From the NCBI GenBank assembly GCA_037190965.1, contig JBBCKI010000004.1:1-64000 (forward strand): a DNA stretch of 64,000 nt, in the 5' to 3' direction. The DNA is from Chthoniobacteraceae bacterium. Lineage in GTDB: Bacteria > Verrucomicrobiota > Verrucomicrobiia > Chthoniobacterales > Chthoniobacteraceae. The translations under genes and the position numbers were made by a program. The notes below the pieces were generated by a model. That model had not been told where the DNA came from and ran no database searches. It worked only from the letters and a program-made list of their open reading frames with translations. Positions 25,640 through 34,810 of this stretch are shown here, one piece after another (positions within the stretch are counted from its first letter, which is position 1; every line of letters begins with the position of its first letter).

Positions 25640-28080
25640 GTCACTTCGGAGTCAACCTTGTCTTGGGCCAAGTATTCAACCCGGTGCACGCCCGCCCCAT
25701 AACTGCGTCCGTCGGGTGCCTCGGCACACACGCCCGGAGGAATTCGCATCTTCAGAGTCATCCCCGCTCCCTCCCGACTCCACTCGATCTCCAGGTTTCC
25801 ACCCGGTGTCGGCACGGCGCCCTTGGCATAAGACAAACCAAGCGAATGAGGCAGCACTCTACAGCGCGCGAAGCCCGGGCTTGTAGGCCGCACTCCCAGG
25901 ATCGTGCCTTGAAGAAAATCAATGGGCGCTGTGGAAAAGCCGTGACAGATGCTCCCGGCTCCATTGTAGGCGGACTTTCCATGCTGATGCACCCCGCATT
26001 CCCAGATCGTCCTGGAGCCAGAAAGAACGATTCTTCCCCATAGCTTCCTCACCGACTCAAGCGCCTCTTCAGGTTTCCCAGCCTCAACCAGCGCGCGGAG
26101 AATGAAATGCTGCATGTAGAGCTCCGGCGCGAGTAGATCCTCTCTCGATAGCGCTTCCCGGAGCCGCGCAAATCGTGCTTCCGGGAACCGCTTGGATAGC
26201 AAGGCGGCCGCGTGAGAAAGCTGACTCGATAGCCCTTTCTGGCCCTCTCCAAGCACTTCTTTATCGGTCCACTCCCTGTAACACGCCTGCGAATCATTCC
26301 AGAAAACGCGGTCCACCGACTGCGATACCGACCGCGCCTTGGTAGCCCAATCCGCCTGCCCCTCGCTGGAGCCGCCCAAATGCTGGTAGAGACGGACGAG
26401 GCTATCAATCGCCTGAACATAGAACCAGTTAAAGACTGCGGTGTTGCGCCCCGTTAACGAAATGTCATTAAGTTCATAGGACCAATCGATGAAATTCCAG
26501 AATTTCGCCGGGGGATGGACAAGACCATTCCCATCCTCCCATTGGCAAAAACGCTTCACCCCCCCTTCTGCAATCGCGATCAGTTCGGCGACCAACTCCC
26601 CATCGCCGGTGTAGAGCAGGTATTCCTCCAGCATCTGGGGGAGGAACAAGCTGGCGGAAGGCAAGGTCAACGTGTCGACGGACTCTTCCTCTTCTTTTCC
26701 CGGCAAAAGCCCGGCAGGCACTGGAGCGGGAATCAGTCCATCCGCACGCACCTGAGATGCCGCAAGACGAAAGCACCGCGCATTGAATCTGGGATCCCCA
26801 AACGCCTGCAGGGAAGTCACATTCTCGACCACCAAATCGTTCACGTAGAACGCGTTTTCACGCCACGGACAATCGACAAAGGTATCCGTCGAACAAGCAT
26901 TGATGGTGTCTGCACACACCTTCCAGATCCCGTTGAGAAGAGCGTCGGAACTGTAAAATGTCCCTCTGCCGATAAAGGGATAAGTGCGATCAACAGCACG
27001 AGCCGAAACAATCTTCACCGGCCGATCAAAATTCCTGATTACAACCTGAACCATTCTGAATCCGCGCTCCGCAAAGACATTCCCGACGAGCTGTCTGCCA
27101 CTCCCCAGAACGTATCGATCGGCAAAGCCGTACGAGTTAACAATCACAGGCAGCCGTTCGTTCCCCAGACCTTCATCATAAGCAATATCAACAATGGCAC
27201 CCTCCACCCCTTCGAGATCAAGCTCGATCGCCCCGTTGATCTCCCGGCCGAAGTCAAAAATGATCGCCACCCCGTTGCCATCATCTGAAGGATCCAAAAC
27301 AGCCGCTTGCCCCCCTCCCATCAAAAGCCGGGAGATGGAGGCACTCCCCATAAACGGCGCATGAGATTCCTCATTCATCCTTTTGGCGACGAGAGGGTTG
27401 GCTGGATCATCCAGCTTTGGAACCAGCGCCATGACCGGGATTGCTACCGGATCAACCCTCTCCTCCCTCAAGCCCGGAATATCACGGGCCCGCAATTCTC
27501 TTCCATCAAGGTTCTCGTCAACGCTGATGACGCACGCCTTTTGCCATTCAGACGCATCGCCGCCAACCTGCCAGCGGAGGGGCTCCCGCGAAAGATCCTG
27601 CCACTCCATAAATCCAATCTGGAAAGTGTATAAACCAACATCCTGCCGCCAGGACGATGCAACCTGCACCTGCCAGAAATCGCCGCTAGCAACCTGACCG
27701 CCACCATCCAACTGCACAAGAACGCCCGGTTGCGAGGGAGCAGCCTTGAAGGTAGGCACATTAGCGCATTGGACAGCTACCGCGATCCAGTTATCGCCCG
27801 GCGTGAGCAGCCGTGCGATCTCATAGCTATCGAAGAACAGAACCGCCCGCGTTCCGCGAACCGGCCCCAGGCCCACCTCCACCCCGTTGACGTAGAGTCG
27901 ATACCGGCTCTCAGCGGCGACATGCAGGATGCTGGTGTGGGGGACTTCATCCAGACGCCATCTGTATCTGGCCCGAAAGAAGACATTCTTCTGAGCGGCA
28001 ACTCCGCCCGGAGCGATCCAACGCGCCTGCCAACCGGGGATTTCATCCAGCGGCCATTTCCTGAAATCTTCGCTTCTCAT
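25636..28080 (-). CDS. GH78-family alpha-L-rhamnosidase-like glycoside hydrolase
   Basis: AESRYRLYVNG, FDFGRE, GFRMVQV, DCPWRE, FIDWS, TIWE, SICHGFS, GAVPTPGG. Confidence 0.88.
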   Translation of the reverse strand: MRSEDFRKWPLDEIPGWQARWIAPGGVAAQKNVFFRARYRWRLDEVPHTSILHVAAESRYRLYVNGVEVGLGPVRGTRAVLFFDSYEIARLLTPGDNWIAVAVQCANVPTFKAAPSQPGVLVQLDGGGQVASGDFWQVQVASSWRQDVGLYTFQIGFMEWQDLSREPLRWQVGGDASEWQKACVISVDENLDGRELRARDIPGLREERVDPVAIPVMALVPKLDDPANPLVAKRMNEESHAPFMGSASISRLLMGGGQAAVLDPSDDGNGVAIIFDFGREINGAIELDLEGVEGAIVDIAYDEGLGNERLPVIVNSYGFADRYVLGSGRQLVGNVFAERGFRMVQVVIRNFDRPVKIVSARAVDRTYPFIGRGTFYSSDALLNGIWKVCADTINACSTDTFVDCPWRENAFYVNDLVVENVTSLQAFGDPRFNARCFRLAASQVRADGLIPAPVPAGLLPGKEEEESVDTLTLPSASLFLPQMLEEYLLYTGDGELVAELIAIAEGGVKRFCQWEDGNGLVHPPAKFWNFIDWSYELNDISLTGRNTAVFNWFYVQAIDSLVRLYQHLGGSSEGQADWATKARSVSQSVDRVFWNDSQACYREWTDKEVLGEGQKGLSSQLSHAAALLSKRFPEARFARLREALSREDLLAPELYMQHFILRALVEAGKPEEALESVRKLWGRIVLSGSRTIWECGVHQHGKSAYNGAGSICHGFSTAPIDFLQGTILGVRPTSPGFARCRVLPHSLGLSYAKGAVPTPGGNLEIEWSREGAGMTLKMRIPPGVCAEAPDGRSYGAGVHRVEYLAQDKVDSEVT

Positions 28081-28086
28081 AAAGTC

Positions 28087-29946
28087 TTATTTCTCAACCG
28101 GGATGACGATGCCTTTCATAATCACATTCTGGCACAGAATAAACACGACAAGGGTCGGGATTGCCGCAATCACCAGTGCGGCGAAAACGATTGGTGCGTT
28201 ATAATCTTGTTGCATCTGATAGATATAAACCATCAGCGTCCACATCGATTCATCCTGACAAACAAGTAGGGCAAACATGAACGACCCATAAGCCGCAGTA
28301 AATGCGCCAAGGGCAATGACGGCCAGAATCGGCGCAGAAAGAGGCATCGTGATACTGAAGAAAGTGCGCAACTCTCCGCAGCCATCGATGGTTGCAGCCT
28401 CATAAAGTTCGGACGGCAAGCTATCGAAGAACCCCTTCAGTAGAAAGATCGAATAGCCATTCGCGGCAGCAGGGATAACGAGTGCGGCAAAGGTATTGAG
28501 CATGTTGAGATCCCGCAGGAGAAGAAAGGAAGGAATCTGGGTAACTTCCCCGGGGAACGCCATGGTCGCCATCAAAACAAAGAGGGCACCCTGGCCCCAC
28601 CCCGGCTGGAACCGGGAAAGGGCGTACGCGGCCAGAGGATTGACGATCAGCGCTGTGACCACATTGAGCAGACAGAAGATCGTTGTATTCTTAAGGCCAT
28701 GGCCGTTGGAAACAATCTGCCCCCAGGCAAAGCGGTAGTTACGCGTTAAAAAATCAGAAATAATCGCGGCCTTGTTCTGCTTCATGAGCAAGTAGTCATG
28801 AGCAAGCGTCGGCATCAAGATTTCATCAAAATCTGAATATTGACTTTCCCAGGCGTCGTTCAGCCTGCCGATATCGGCGTAATCAGCGCGAAGGGCTTCA
28901 CGCCACTCGAAATCGGGGGAATGAATGGTCACCCCTGATAGGTCGGAGAGAGACCGGATATAGAGATCGGCATCGGCAAAAGCCGAAGCTGAGGCAGCAC
29001 CCGAGGGGAACGGCACGCCCGCCCAGGAGTCAAAACGAGTCCCATAAACCTTATTGAGCGAGGCGATGTTGGTATACTTTTCCTCCAGAAAAGTCCGGTA
29101 GCCTGGCAACCGGATTTCATCCAGGGAAATGAACCGGGAGGAGAGGTAATTACGGACAAAGTCGCTCCAACTCGCGCGTTCAGCCGCGTTTTCCGGCAGA
29201 GTTGGGCTCAGGCGAACATCCAACGTTGAACGGTAATCAGTAGACCACTCGCGATTCAACCGCTCAACGGCGGAAGCATCGGTGCCGTAACTGATCCCGA
29301 TCGTCTTCACGGCATAAGTTCCTTCGATAGAGATCGGGTAGAAATACCGCGGGGAGATGGACCCGCGCAAATCCCGGTAGACCCCTGCGTAAGGCCCTTG
29401 GGGAAGTTGATAATAGCGGTTGTTCCATTCCTCGGGCACGATGGGCGCGACTGTCTCTTGGGCGGAGACATTGGGAAACGCCTCGCGGATGGCGTGGCTA
29501 AACTTAAAGCCAATTTCGGTAACGCTTCTGTGCCCGTAGGCGTGCCCCATCGAAAGATAATGGGCAGGCCATTTATGACGGACAGCCTCCAGAAAGGATT
29601 GCCAATCTTTCATCTCGCGGTCCGACGGCATTTGCGGCGTGGCCATATCCCCGAACGAGTAGTAGCGATCCCCCTTCTCGTCCCGGGCGCGCGTCATGGC
29701 GGTGGCCAAGTCAACCTTGCCGTAGCGCTCCTGGCTGAACTTCCTGAAGAGCGCCGTCTCGTCAAAAAGATAGCTGGGGATGATATCCATCTGCCGGGAG
29801 TCAACCTCAGACTTGACCGAACCGCTAACCATGAGGAGAAACGGATAGACCATCCAGACCGCTCCGAAGGATAGGATGACATAGAAAAAAAGAAGAAGAA
29901 TCCGGCCAGGAAGCGAGCGTTGCTGAATGCGGTTGAGAATGGCCAT
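28087..29946 (-). CDS. Carbohydrate ABC permease (MalG-type) with ~350-aa extracytoplasmic insert
   Basis: N-terminal TM ..YPFLLMVSGS; AAYALSR, LLKGFFDSLPSELYEAATIDG (EAA loop), PLSAPILA. Confidence 0.9.
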   Translation of the reverse strand: MAILNRIQQRSLPGRILLLFFYVILSFGAVWMVYPFLLMVSGSVKSEVDSRQMDIIPSYLFDETALFRKFSQERYGKVDLATAMTRARDEKGDRYYSFGDMATPQMPSDREMKDWQSFLEAVRHKWPAHYLSMGHAYGHRSVTEIGFKFSHAIREAFPNVSAQETVAPIVPEEWNNRYYQLPQGPYAGVYRDLRGSISPRYFYPISIEGTYAVKTIGISYGTDASAVERLNREWSTDYRSTLDVRLSPTLPENAAERASWSDFVRNYLSSRFISLDEIRLPGYRTFLEEKYTNIASLNKVYGTRFDSWAGVPFPSGAASASAFADADLYIRSLSDLSGVTIHSPDFEWREALRADYADIGRLNDAWESQYSDFDEILMPTLAHDYLLMKQNKAAIISDFLTRNYRFAWGQIVSNGHGLKNTTIFCLLNVVTALIVNPLAAYALSRFQPGWGQGALFVLMATMAFPGEVTQIPSFLLLRDLNMLNTFAALVIPAAANGYSIFLLKGFFDSLPSELYEAATIDGCGELRTFFSITMPLSAPILAVIALGAFTAAYGSFMFALLVCQDESMWTLMVYIYQMQQDYNAPIVFAALVIAAIPTLVVFILCQNVIMKGIVIPVEK

Positions 29947-29951
29947 GGCGT

Positions 29952-32381
29952 TTACTTCTGGGTGGTGCGGAACTCCACCCGTGCGAGAATGCGCATTTGA
30001 TACGCGGTGAACGAAAGCAGGATGAGGCCCAGAATCCAGGCCATCGCGGTTCCCTGCCCGAATTTAAGGAAAAGGAAAGTCCGCTGCCATATCTCGTAGC
30101 CGACGACCTGAGTCGCGCCATTCGGGCCGCCCCCCGTCATGGCCAGGATAGCGTCGCCCGACTTGAACCCATAGATCGTAGCGCCGACGGCGTTGATGAC
30201 CAGAAGAGGCTTCATGTAGGGAAGGACGACATAACGCAGCTTATCGAAGAACGCTGCTCCATCAATGTCGGAGGCTTCGTAAAGCTCATCCGGGATGCCC
30301 TTGAGCGCGGCGAGATAAATAATACTGGAAGGCCCAAGCCCCGCCCATGCAAGCGGGAAAACAACGCAGATCATCGCCAGGTTCGGGTCTTGGAGCCACT
30401 GCTGGGCGGATCCGCCGAAGAATGAAATGATCCGGTTGAGGATGCCATCGGGCGAAGGATCATAGATTGCCCGCCACATGAAGAGAATGACGACCCCGGA
30501 CACGACCGCGGGGATGTAAAACAGGACTCGAAACATCACCCGGCCAAGCGGGATTTCCTGGAGGATAACCGCCAGCGCCACCGGCGGGGCAAAGCCAAAA
30601 ATCATCCAGAGGGCGCAAAAATAGAAGGCATTCTTAAGCGAACTCCAAAACTGGATGTCAAAAAGAACGTCGGCAAAGTTATTGATCCCCACCCATTGCG
30701 AAGCCCCCATCAAGTTGTAGTCCTGAAATGCCATCAGCGAGCCGCGTGCAAGCGGGTAATACTGCCAGACTAGAATGAGAAACAGCGCCGGTAGAATGAA
30801 GATGCCAGCCAGCACGGATTGGTGCCGGTTTCTCCCGGATGAGGCCGTTAGCTCCTTGGACATCCACTTGAATACAAACCCGATGAAGACCACGAAAACG
30901 GTGCCGGTGATTGCCGCGATGGCCCAAGCCGTTGTGTTGCGCTTCGTCCTCGCTTCGGGCGGGATGTGGCCAAGCATGCGCTCATTCGTCTTCTGCACCG
31001 CCTCGACAAGCGTCCTCTTGATGATGGCATCGCGCTCGGCATCGCTCACGCCGTTAAACTTCGTGTAGGACAACCTTTCGAGCGGGGCGCTCATATAGGT
31101 ATAAACGAACTGACAGTTCCTCCCGAATGGCTCGAGGATCCCGTCCCTGACTGCGGCGCGATAGATATCAATCAGCCCAACCGGGGCCAGACGCGCGAGT
31201 TCCGGATAGCCAAACTCCTCCAGCCAGACGGGATTGATCATGTGGGCGGCGCCGAGTTCGACCATCGTTCGGGTATAGATGCGATGAGCCTCCTCACTAT
31301 TGGAGAACTTGATATACTTCCACGCCGCGTCCCGTGTCCGCTTATCCTTAACGCCAGCATAAATTCCGAGCATCCGGGCATTGATCTGGGGAATGGAGCG
31401 GCCCGTCGGCCCTTTGGGGATAGGAGCGGTACCGAGCACCTCGGGGTCAAACGCTGTCAGGTTAGATTCACTTAATTCTGTGAAGAACATGCCTACTTTG
31501 CCCGCCAATATCTTGCTCCAGCCATCGGCCCCAACATAGGCGAGAGCCCCCGTCACTCCCCCCTTGGTGACGGTGGACTGCATCAAACGGATGGCAAACC
31601 CATAGCCGGCGATGGCTTCAGGCGTATCAAAGTGAGCTTTCCACCGGCCATCCGGCAATTGCACCACCGCCTTGGCCCCAGCGCTGGAGAGATAAGGAGA
31701 GATACCGTGGGAGGCATTCGCCCCCGTGTGAAACACCAGACCGTAAACACCGGCCCCCGGATCGGCGATCTTCCGCGCAGCCTCCTCCAACTCCTTCCAA
31801 TCCGTGGGCGGCTTTCGCGGGTCAAGCCCGGCCCTCGCAAAAAGATCTTTGCGAAAGAGGAGAACCGGAGCGACAATCTCCTTCGGCATCGCCCAATAAT
31901 GACTCTGCCCGTCAGGCCCCTCACGATAGATGACTGGCTTAATGGATGGGGGAATCCGCTCGACCAGCTCCTCGGGGGAGAGTTCGTTGATGTACTCGTC
32001 GAGCGGATAAAGAAATCCCTGGCTTATATAGGTATCGGACTGGCGGAAATTGACATAAATAATGTCCGGCGAAGTCCCCGCCGCGATCGCCATGAGAGGG
32101 GCCGCATCCATCACATCGCCCTCTATCTTCAGCGTGGTCGAGCTCTCCAATCGGACATCGGGGTGGAGTTCCAGAAAGCGTTGCATGACCTTGTAAGCCG
32201 CAACGTTGGAGGCCTCCGTATTCCCTTTCTGCGGAAGCGAGAAAACCTTAACAGTAACAACCGCGTCAGCCCTTTCGACGCCAACGGAATGCTCCGGCAC
32301 GAGCCAGAGGATGACCGCAGCCACCATGAAGATGAACCGGAGCATCGTCACTTTTGCCGGGTTATAAAATGCGGATTTCAT
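29952..32381 (-). CDS. Fused sugar solute-binding protein + MalF-type ABC permease (start uncertain: 32345/32381/32432)
   Basis: AAGTSPDII, FRKDLFARAGLDP..PPTDWKEL, RDAAWKYIKF; then TM, LPALFLILVWQYYP, WVGINNF, YLAALKGIPDELYEASDIDGA, MTGGGP. Confidence 0.9.
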   Translation of the reverse strand: MKSAFYNPAKVTMLRFIFMVAAVILWLVPEHSVGVERADAVVTVKVFSLPQKGNTEASNVAAYKVMQRFLELHPDVRLESSTTLKIEGDVMDAAPLMAIAAGTSPDIIYVNFRQSDTYISQGFLYPLDEYINELSPEELVERIPPSIKPVIYREGPDGQSHYWAMPKEIVAPVLLFRKDLFARAGLDPRKPPTDWKELEEAARKIADPGAGVYGLVFHTGANASHGISPYLSSAGAKAVVQLPDGRWKAHFDTPEAIAGYGFAIRLMQSTVTKGGVTGALAYVGADGWSKILAGKVGMFFTELSESNLTAFDPEVLGTAPIPKGPTGRSIPQINARMLGIYAGVKDKRTRDAAWKYIKFSNSEEAHRIYTRTMVELGAAHMINPVWLEEFGYPELARLAPVGLIDIYRAAVRDGILEPFGRNCQFVYTYMSAPLERLSYTKFNGVSDAERDAIIKRTLVEAVQKTNERMLGHIPPEARTKRNTTAWAIAAITGTVFVVFIGFVFKWMSKELTASSGRNRHQSVLAGIFILPALFLILVWQYYPLARGSLMAFQDYNLMGASQWVGINNFADVLFDIQFWSSLKNAFYFCALWMIFGFAPPVALAVILQEIPLGRVMFRVLFYIPAVVSGVVILFMWRAIYDPSPDGILNRIISFFGGSAQQWLQDPNLAMICVVFPLAWAGLGPSSIIYLAALKGIPDELYEASDIDGAAFFDKLRYVVLPYMKPLLVINAVGATIYGFKSGDAILAMTGGGPNGATQVVGYEIWQRTFLFLKFGQGTAMAWILGLILLSFTAYQMRILARVEFRTTQK

Positions 32382-32511
32382 CGTGTGGGCGGACAAACCC
32401 TGAAAACAACGCGCTGCGCTACGGATCTTCATGCGTGTCTCAAGGAACAGTCTGATAAGATTGCTCACATCGTTTGCTTTCCGGTCTCCATCTGCAAGCT
32501 CCCAACCCGAT

Positions 32512-33783
32512 TTACACAACTTCCGACACTTGTTCCACCAGTTTCAGCCCTTCATCTTCACCAAAGATCTCGCGCCGCATCGCGACAACATCCACGGGCG
32601 TCCCCAACCGTTTCGATTGCTCCACTGCAATCCCGACCAACGAAGCCTCGATGCCTTCCCTGATACCGGCCATACTCCGGACTTCACCCCCACTTGCCGC
32701 GTCCCAGAATGCGTCATTTAAGACACTATCAGCCCCGTGATGCCCGCTGTCATCAGCACAAATATTGTGGATGATCGTTTCGGCCCCCAGATGTTTCTCA
32801 AATGGAATGTCCTGAATGATCGTCCCCCGATCGATGTCGCCCTCCAGGGAGCCATTGGAGCCGAAAAGCCGAATCCGACGGGTCGCACGAGGCTGGGCGA
32901 GGCAGGCCATAAAGTTTACCAGCGTTCCATCCTCAAACTCGATCATGACCGCCTGATGATCCGGCACATCGCCGATGTCTGTGTAGACCGACTCATCGGA
33001 AGTCTCCTCGAAGATCTTCTTGATATGAATATCTCCATAGTCGAGGGCAATCTCCCTGATATATTCCGGATCAAAGCGCCGATGTTGCTCCTCCCGCGGG
33101 CGGCCAATGAAATGAGTCCGCTTGGCCATCGAAAAGACGCGCGTCACCCGGGAGCCGGTCAACATATGGAGAATGTCAAAATCATGGCAGCACTTCTCAA
33201 CCATAAATCCTCCCGTTACTCTGTCATCACGCCGCCATGCGCGGAGAAAGAGCGAGGAAAGCGATTGGGATAGATTCTCATCGGCATCAATGGCTAATAA
33301 CTGGCCAATCGTCTTCCGGTCAAGGAACTCCCGGAGCTGACGATAGAACGGCGCATAGCGTAAAACAAAGCCGATGAATACCCGTTCATTTCCGGCCTTC
33401 TTGAATTCCTGCCATAACCGGCGGCATTGCTCAACCGATGTGGCCACCGGCTTTTCGAGGAGAATGGCCGCGCCGGTCTTGAAAGCCTTTATCGCATAAT
33501 CCGCATGCGTGGTATTGTAGGAACCGATAATTAAAACATCAAATGACGCCTTCTCCAGTAGTTCGTCTCCGTCCTCATACTGATCGGGCGCTCCCCATTG
33601 GGCGAACCGTTCCATTAGCATCTTACGTCTCTTCTCGTTTGGGTCCGCAACTGCGACGAGCTGGATACGCGAACGGATCGCCTCAGGCACATTGGTCAGG
33701 TAGGAAACGGCGCGGATTCCTGCCCCGATCACTGCAACGCGAATCTCATCGGCCCCAGCCTGATTCAATAGGGAATTTCTCAT
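32512..33783 (-). CDS. Gfo/Idh/MocA NAD-dependent oxidoreductase
   Basis: AVIGAG, LLEKPVA, GFVLRY, GGFMVEKCCHDFD, SGHHGAD. Confidence 0.9.
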   Translation of the reverse strand: MRNSLLNQAGADEIRVAVIGAGIRAVSYLTNVPEAIRSRIQLVAVADPNEKRRKMLMERFAQWGAPDQYEDGDELLEKASFDVLIIGSYNTTHADYAIKAFKTGAAILLEKPVATSVEQCRRLWQEFKKAGNERVFIGFVLRYAPFYRQLREFLDRKTIGQLLAIDADENLSQSLSSLFLRAWRRDDRVTGGFMVEKCCHDFDILHMLTGSRVTRVFSMAKRTHFIGRPREEQHRRFDPEYIREIALDYGDIHIKKIFEETSDESVYTDIGDVPDHQAVMIEFEDGTLVNFMACLAQPRATRRIRLFGSNGSLEGDIDRGTIIQDIPFEKHLGAETIIHNICADDSGHHGADSVLNDAFWDAASGGEVRSMAGIREGIEASLVGIAVEQSKRLGTPVDVVAMRREIFGEDEGLKLVEQVSEVV

Positions 33784-33832
33784 GCCGGAGACCATTGAAT
33801 GAGCCGCACCCAACCTGAAGCATAATCCAGAT

Positions 33833-33847
33833 GTAATAATTTATTGC
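33833..33847. promoter_or_regulatory. Putative operator, imperfect palindrome GTAATAATTTATTGC (site 2)
   Basis: 12-bp identity with 24126-24137; lies between the divergent Gfo-ABC-GH78 operon and the pilin-like gene. Confidence 0.55.
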
Positions 33848-33896
33848 CACTAGAATCAAATTGTCGCATTCATGGGCCGATGAGACAGCTTCTGCC

Positions 33897-34652
33897 ATGA
33901 CAAACGTGCTAACTTCTGAAAAGCCCCCCCTCAGGAAAAGCATGGCGTGCGGCGGTTCCTCTATCTTTCCTCAGCTGGCATTCACGCTGGTGGAACTCCT
34001 CATCACCATTGCCATCATTGCGGTTCTTGTCGCCTTCGCTCTGCCTACTTTGGGACGAGTTCGTGCATCGGCTGCGAGCACCAGGTGTATGGCGCAAATC
34101 AAACAGGTTGGTAGCGCCTTTTTCGCCTATGCCGCCGATCATCATGGGGTTCTTCCAACAGCCTGGAAAAACGACACGGGATATCGGGAAAACTGGAACT
34201 ATTATCTCGCGCCGTACCTCGGCCTCCAGGAAGGCGAAGAAATTAGCCTGAGTCCAACCGCGTTGTCTTGCCCGGCCCCGAGCAGCTTCGGCCTTCCCTA
34301 TTCCGCTTATTGTGTGAATTACAATATTGTGATCAGTTTGGAGCCTGGGACGTCCGGCATCCCGTGGATCGATACCGGCGCGAGGCGTCTTACTAGTGAC
34401 ATCGATCCGGGAACGTTTATCCTGGCGGATGGGCAGGGCCTCCTAATCAATTCTCCGATCCATTGGAAGATGACGACTGATCACGATGGAGATGGGGTCG
34501 TGGACTCCTTCGCCGGAGTTCCCTTTAATGGCGTCGATTTCCGGCACGCGGGAAAAGCGAACTTCTTTCTTCGCGATGGCTCGGTAGTCGCTCTCTCTTC
34601 CCGTCAATGGGCGACGAACCATAATAACGTCTGGGGAGCAAGCATAGATTAG
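33897..34652 (+). CDS. Prepilin-type N-terminal cleavage/methylation protein with C-terminal H-X9-DG motif (DUF1559-like); start uncertain
   Basis: A|FTLVELLITIAIIAVLVAFALP, CMAQIKQVG, YAADH, CP, RHAGKANFFLRDG. Confidence 0.9.
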   Translation: MTNVLTSEKPPLRKSMACGGSSIFPQLAFTLVELLITIAIIAVLVAFALPTLGRVRASAASTRCMAQIKQVGSAFFAYAADHHGVLPTAWKNDTGYRENWNYYLAPYLGLQEGEEISLSPTALSCPAPSSFGLPYSAYCVNYNIVISLEPGTSGIPWIDTGARRLTSDIDPGTFILADGQGLLINSPIHWKMTTDHDGDGVVDSFAGVPFNGVDFRHAGKANFFLRDGSVVALSSRQWATNHNNVWGASID

Positions 34653-34810
34653 CAACGGGAAGTGCGCAAACCATTCCGCCCAAGCGGAAATCCGAACCCT
34701 TCGTTGGCAGCATTCGGCTTTTAATTGAGGAGCACAGCCAATGGCATGACTGGAGCGTCCAGCATGCCCGCTCGTATTCTGATTCCATTCCCCAACGAAC
34801 CATAGGGCAG

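Noticed and set aside
34660..34700. GCAAACCATTC resembling the start of a c-di-GMP-I riboswitch
   Set aside because: Lacks the GAAA tetraloop and downstream GCAAAG/second stem; lies downstream of a gene.
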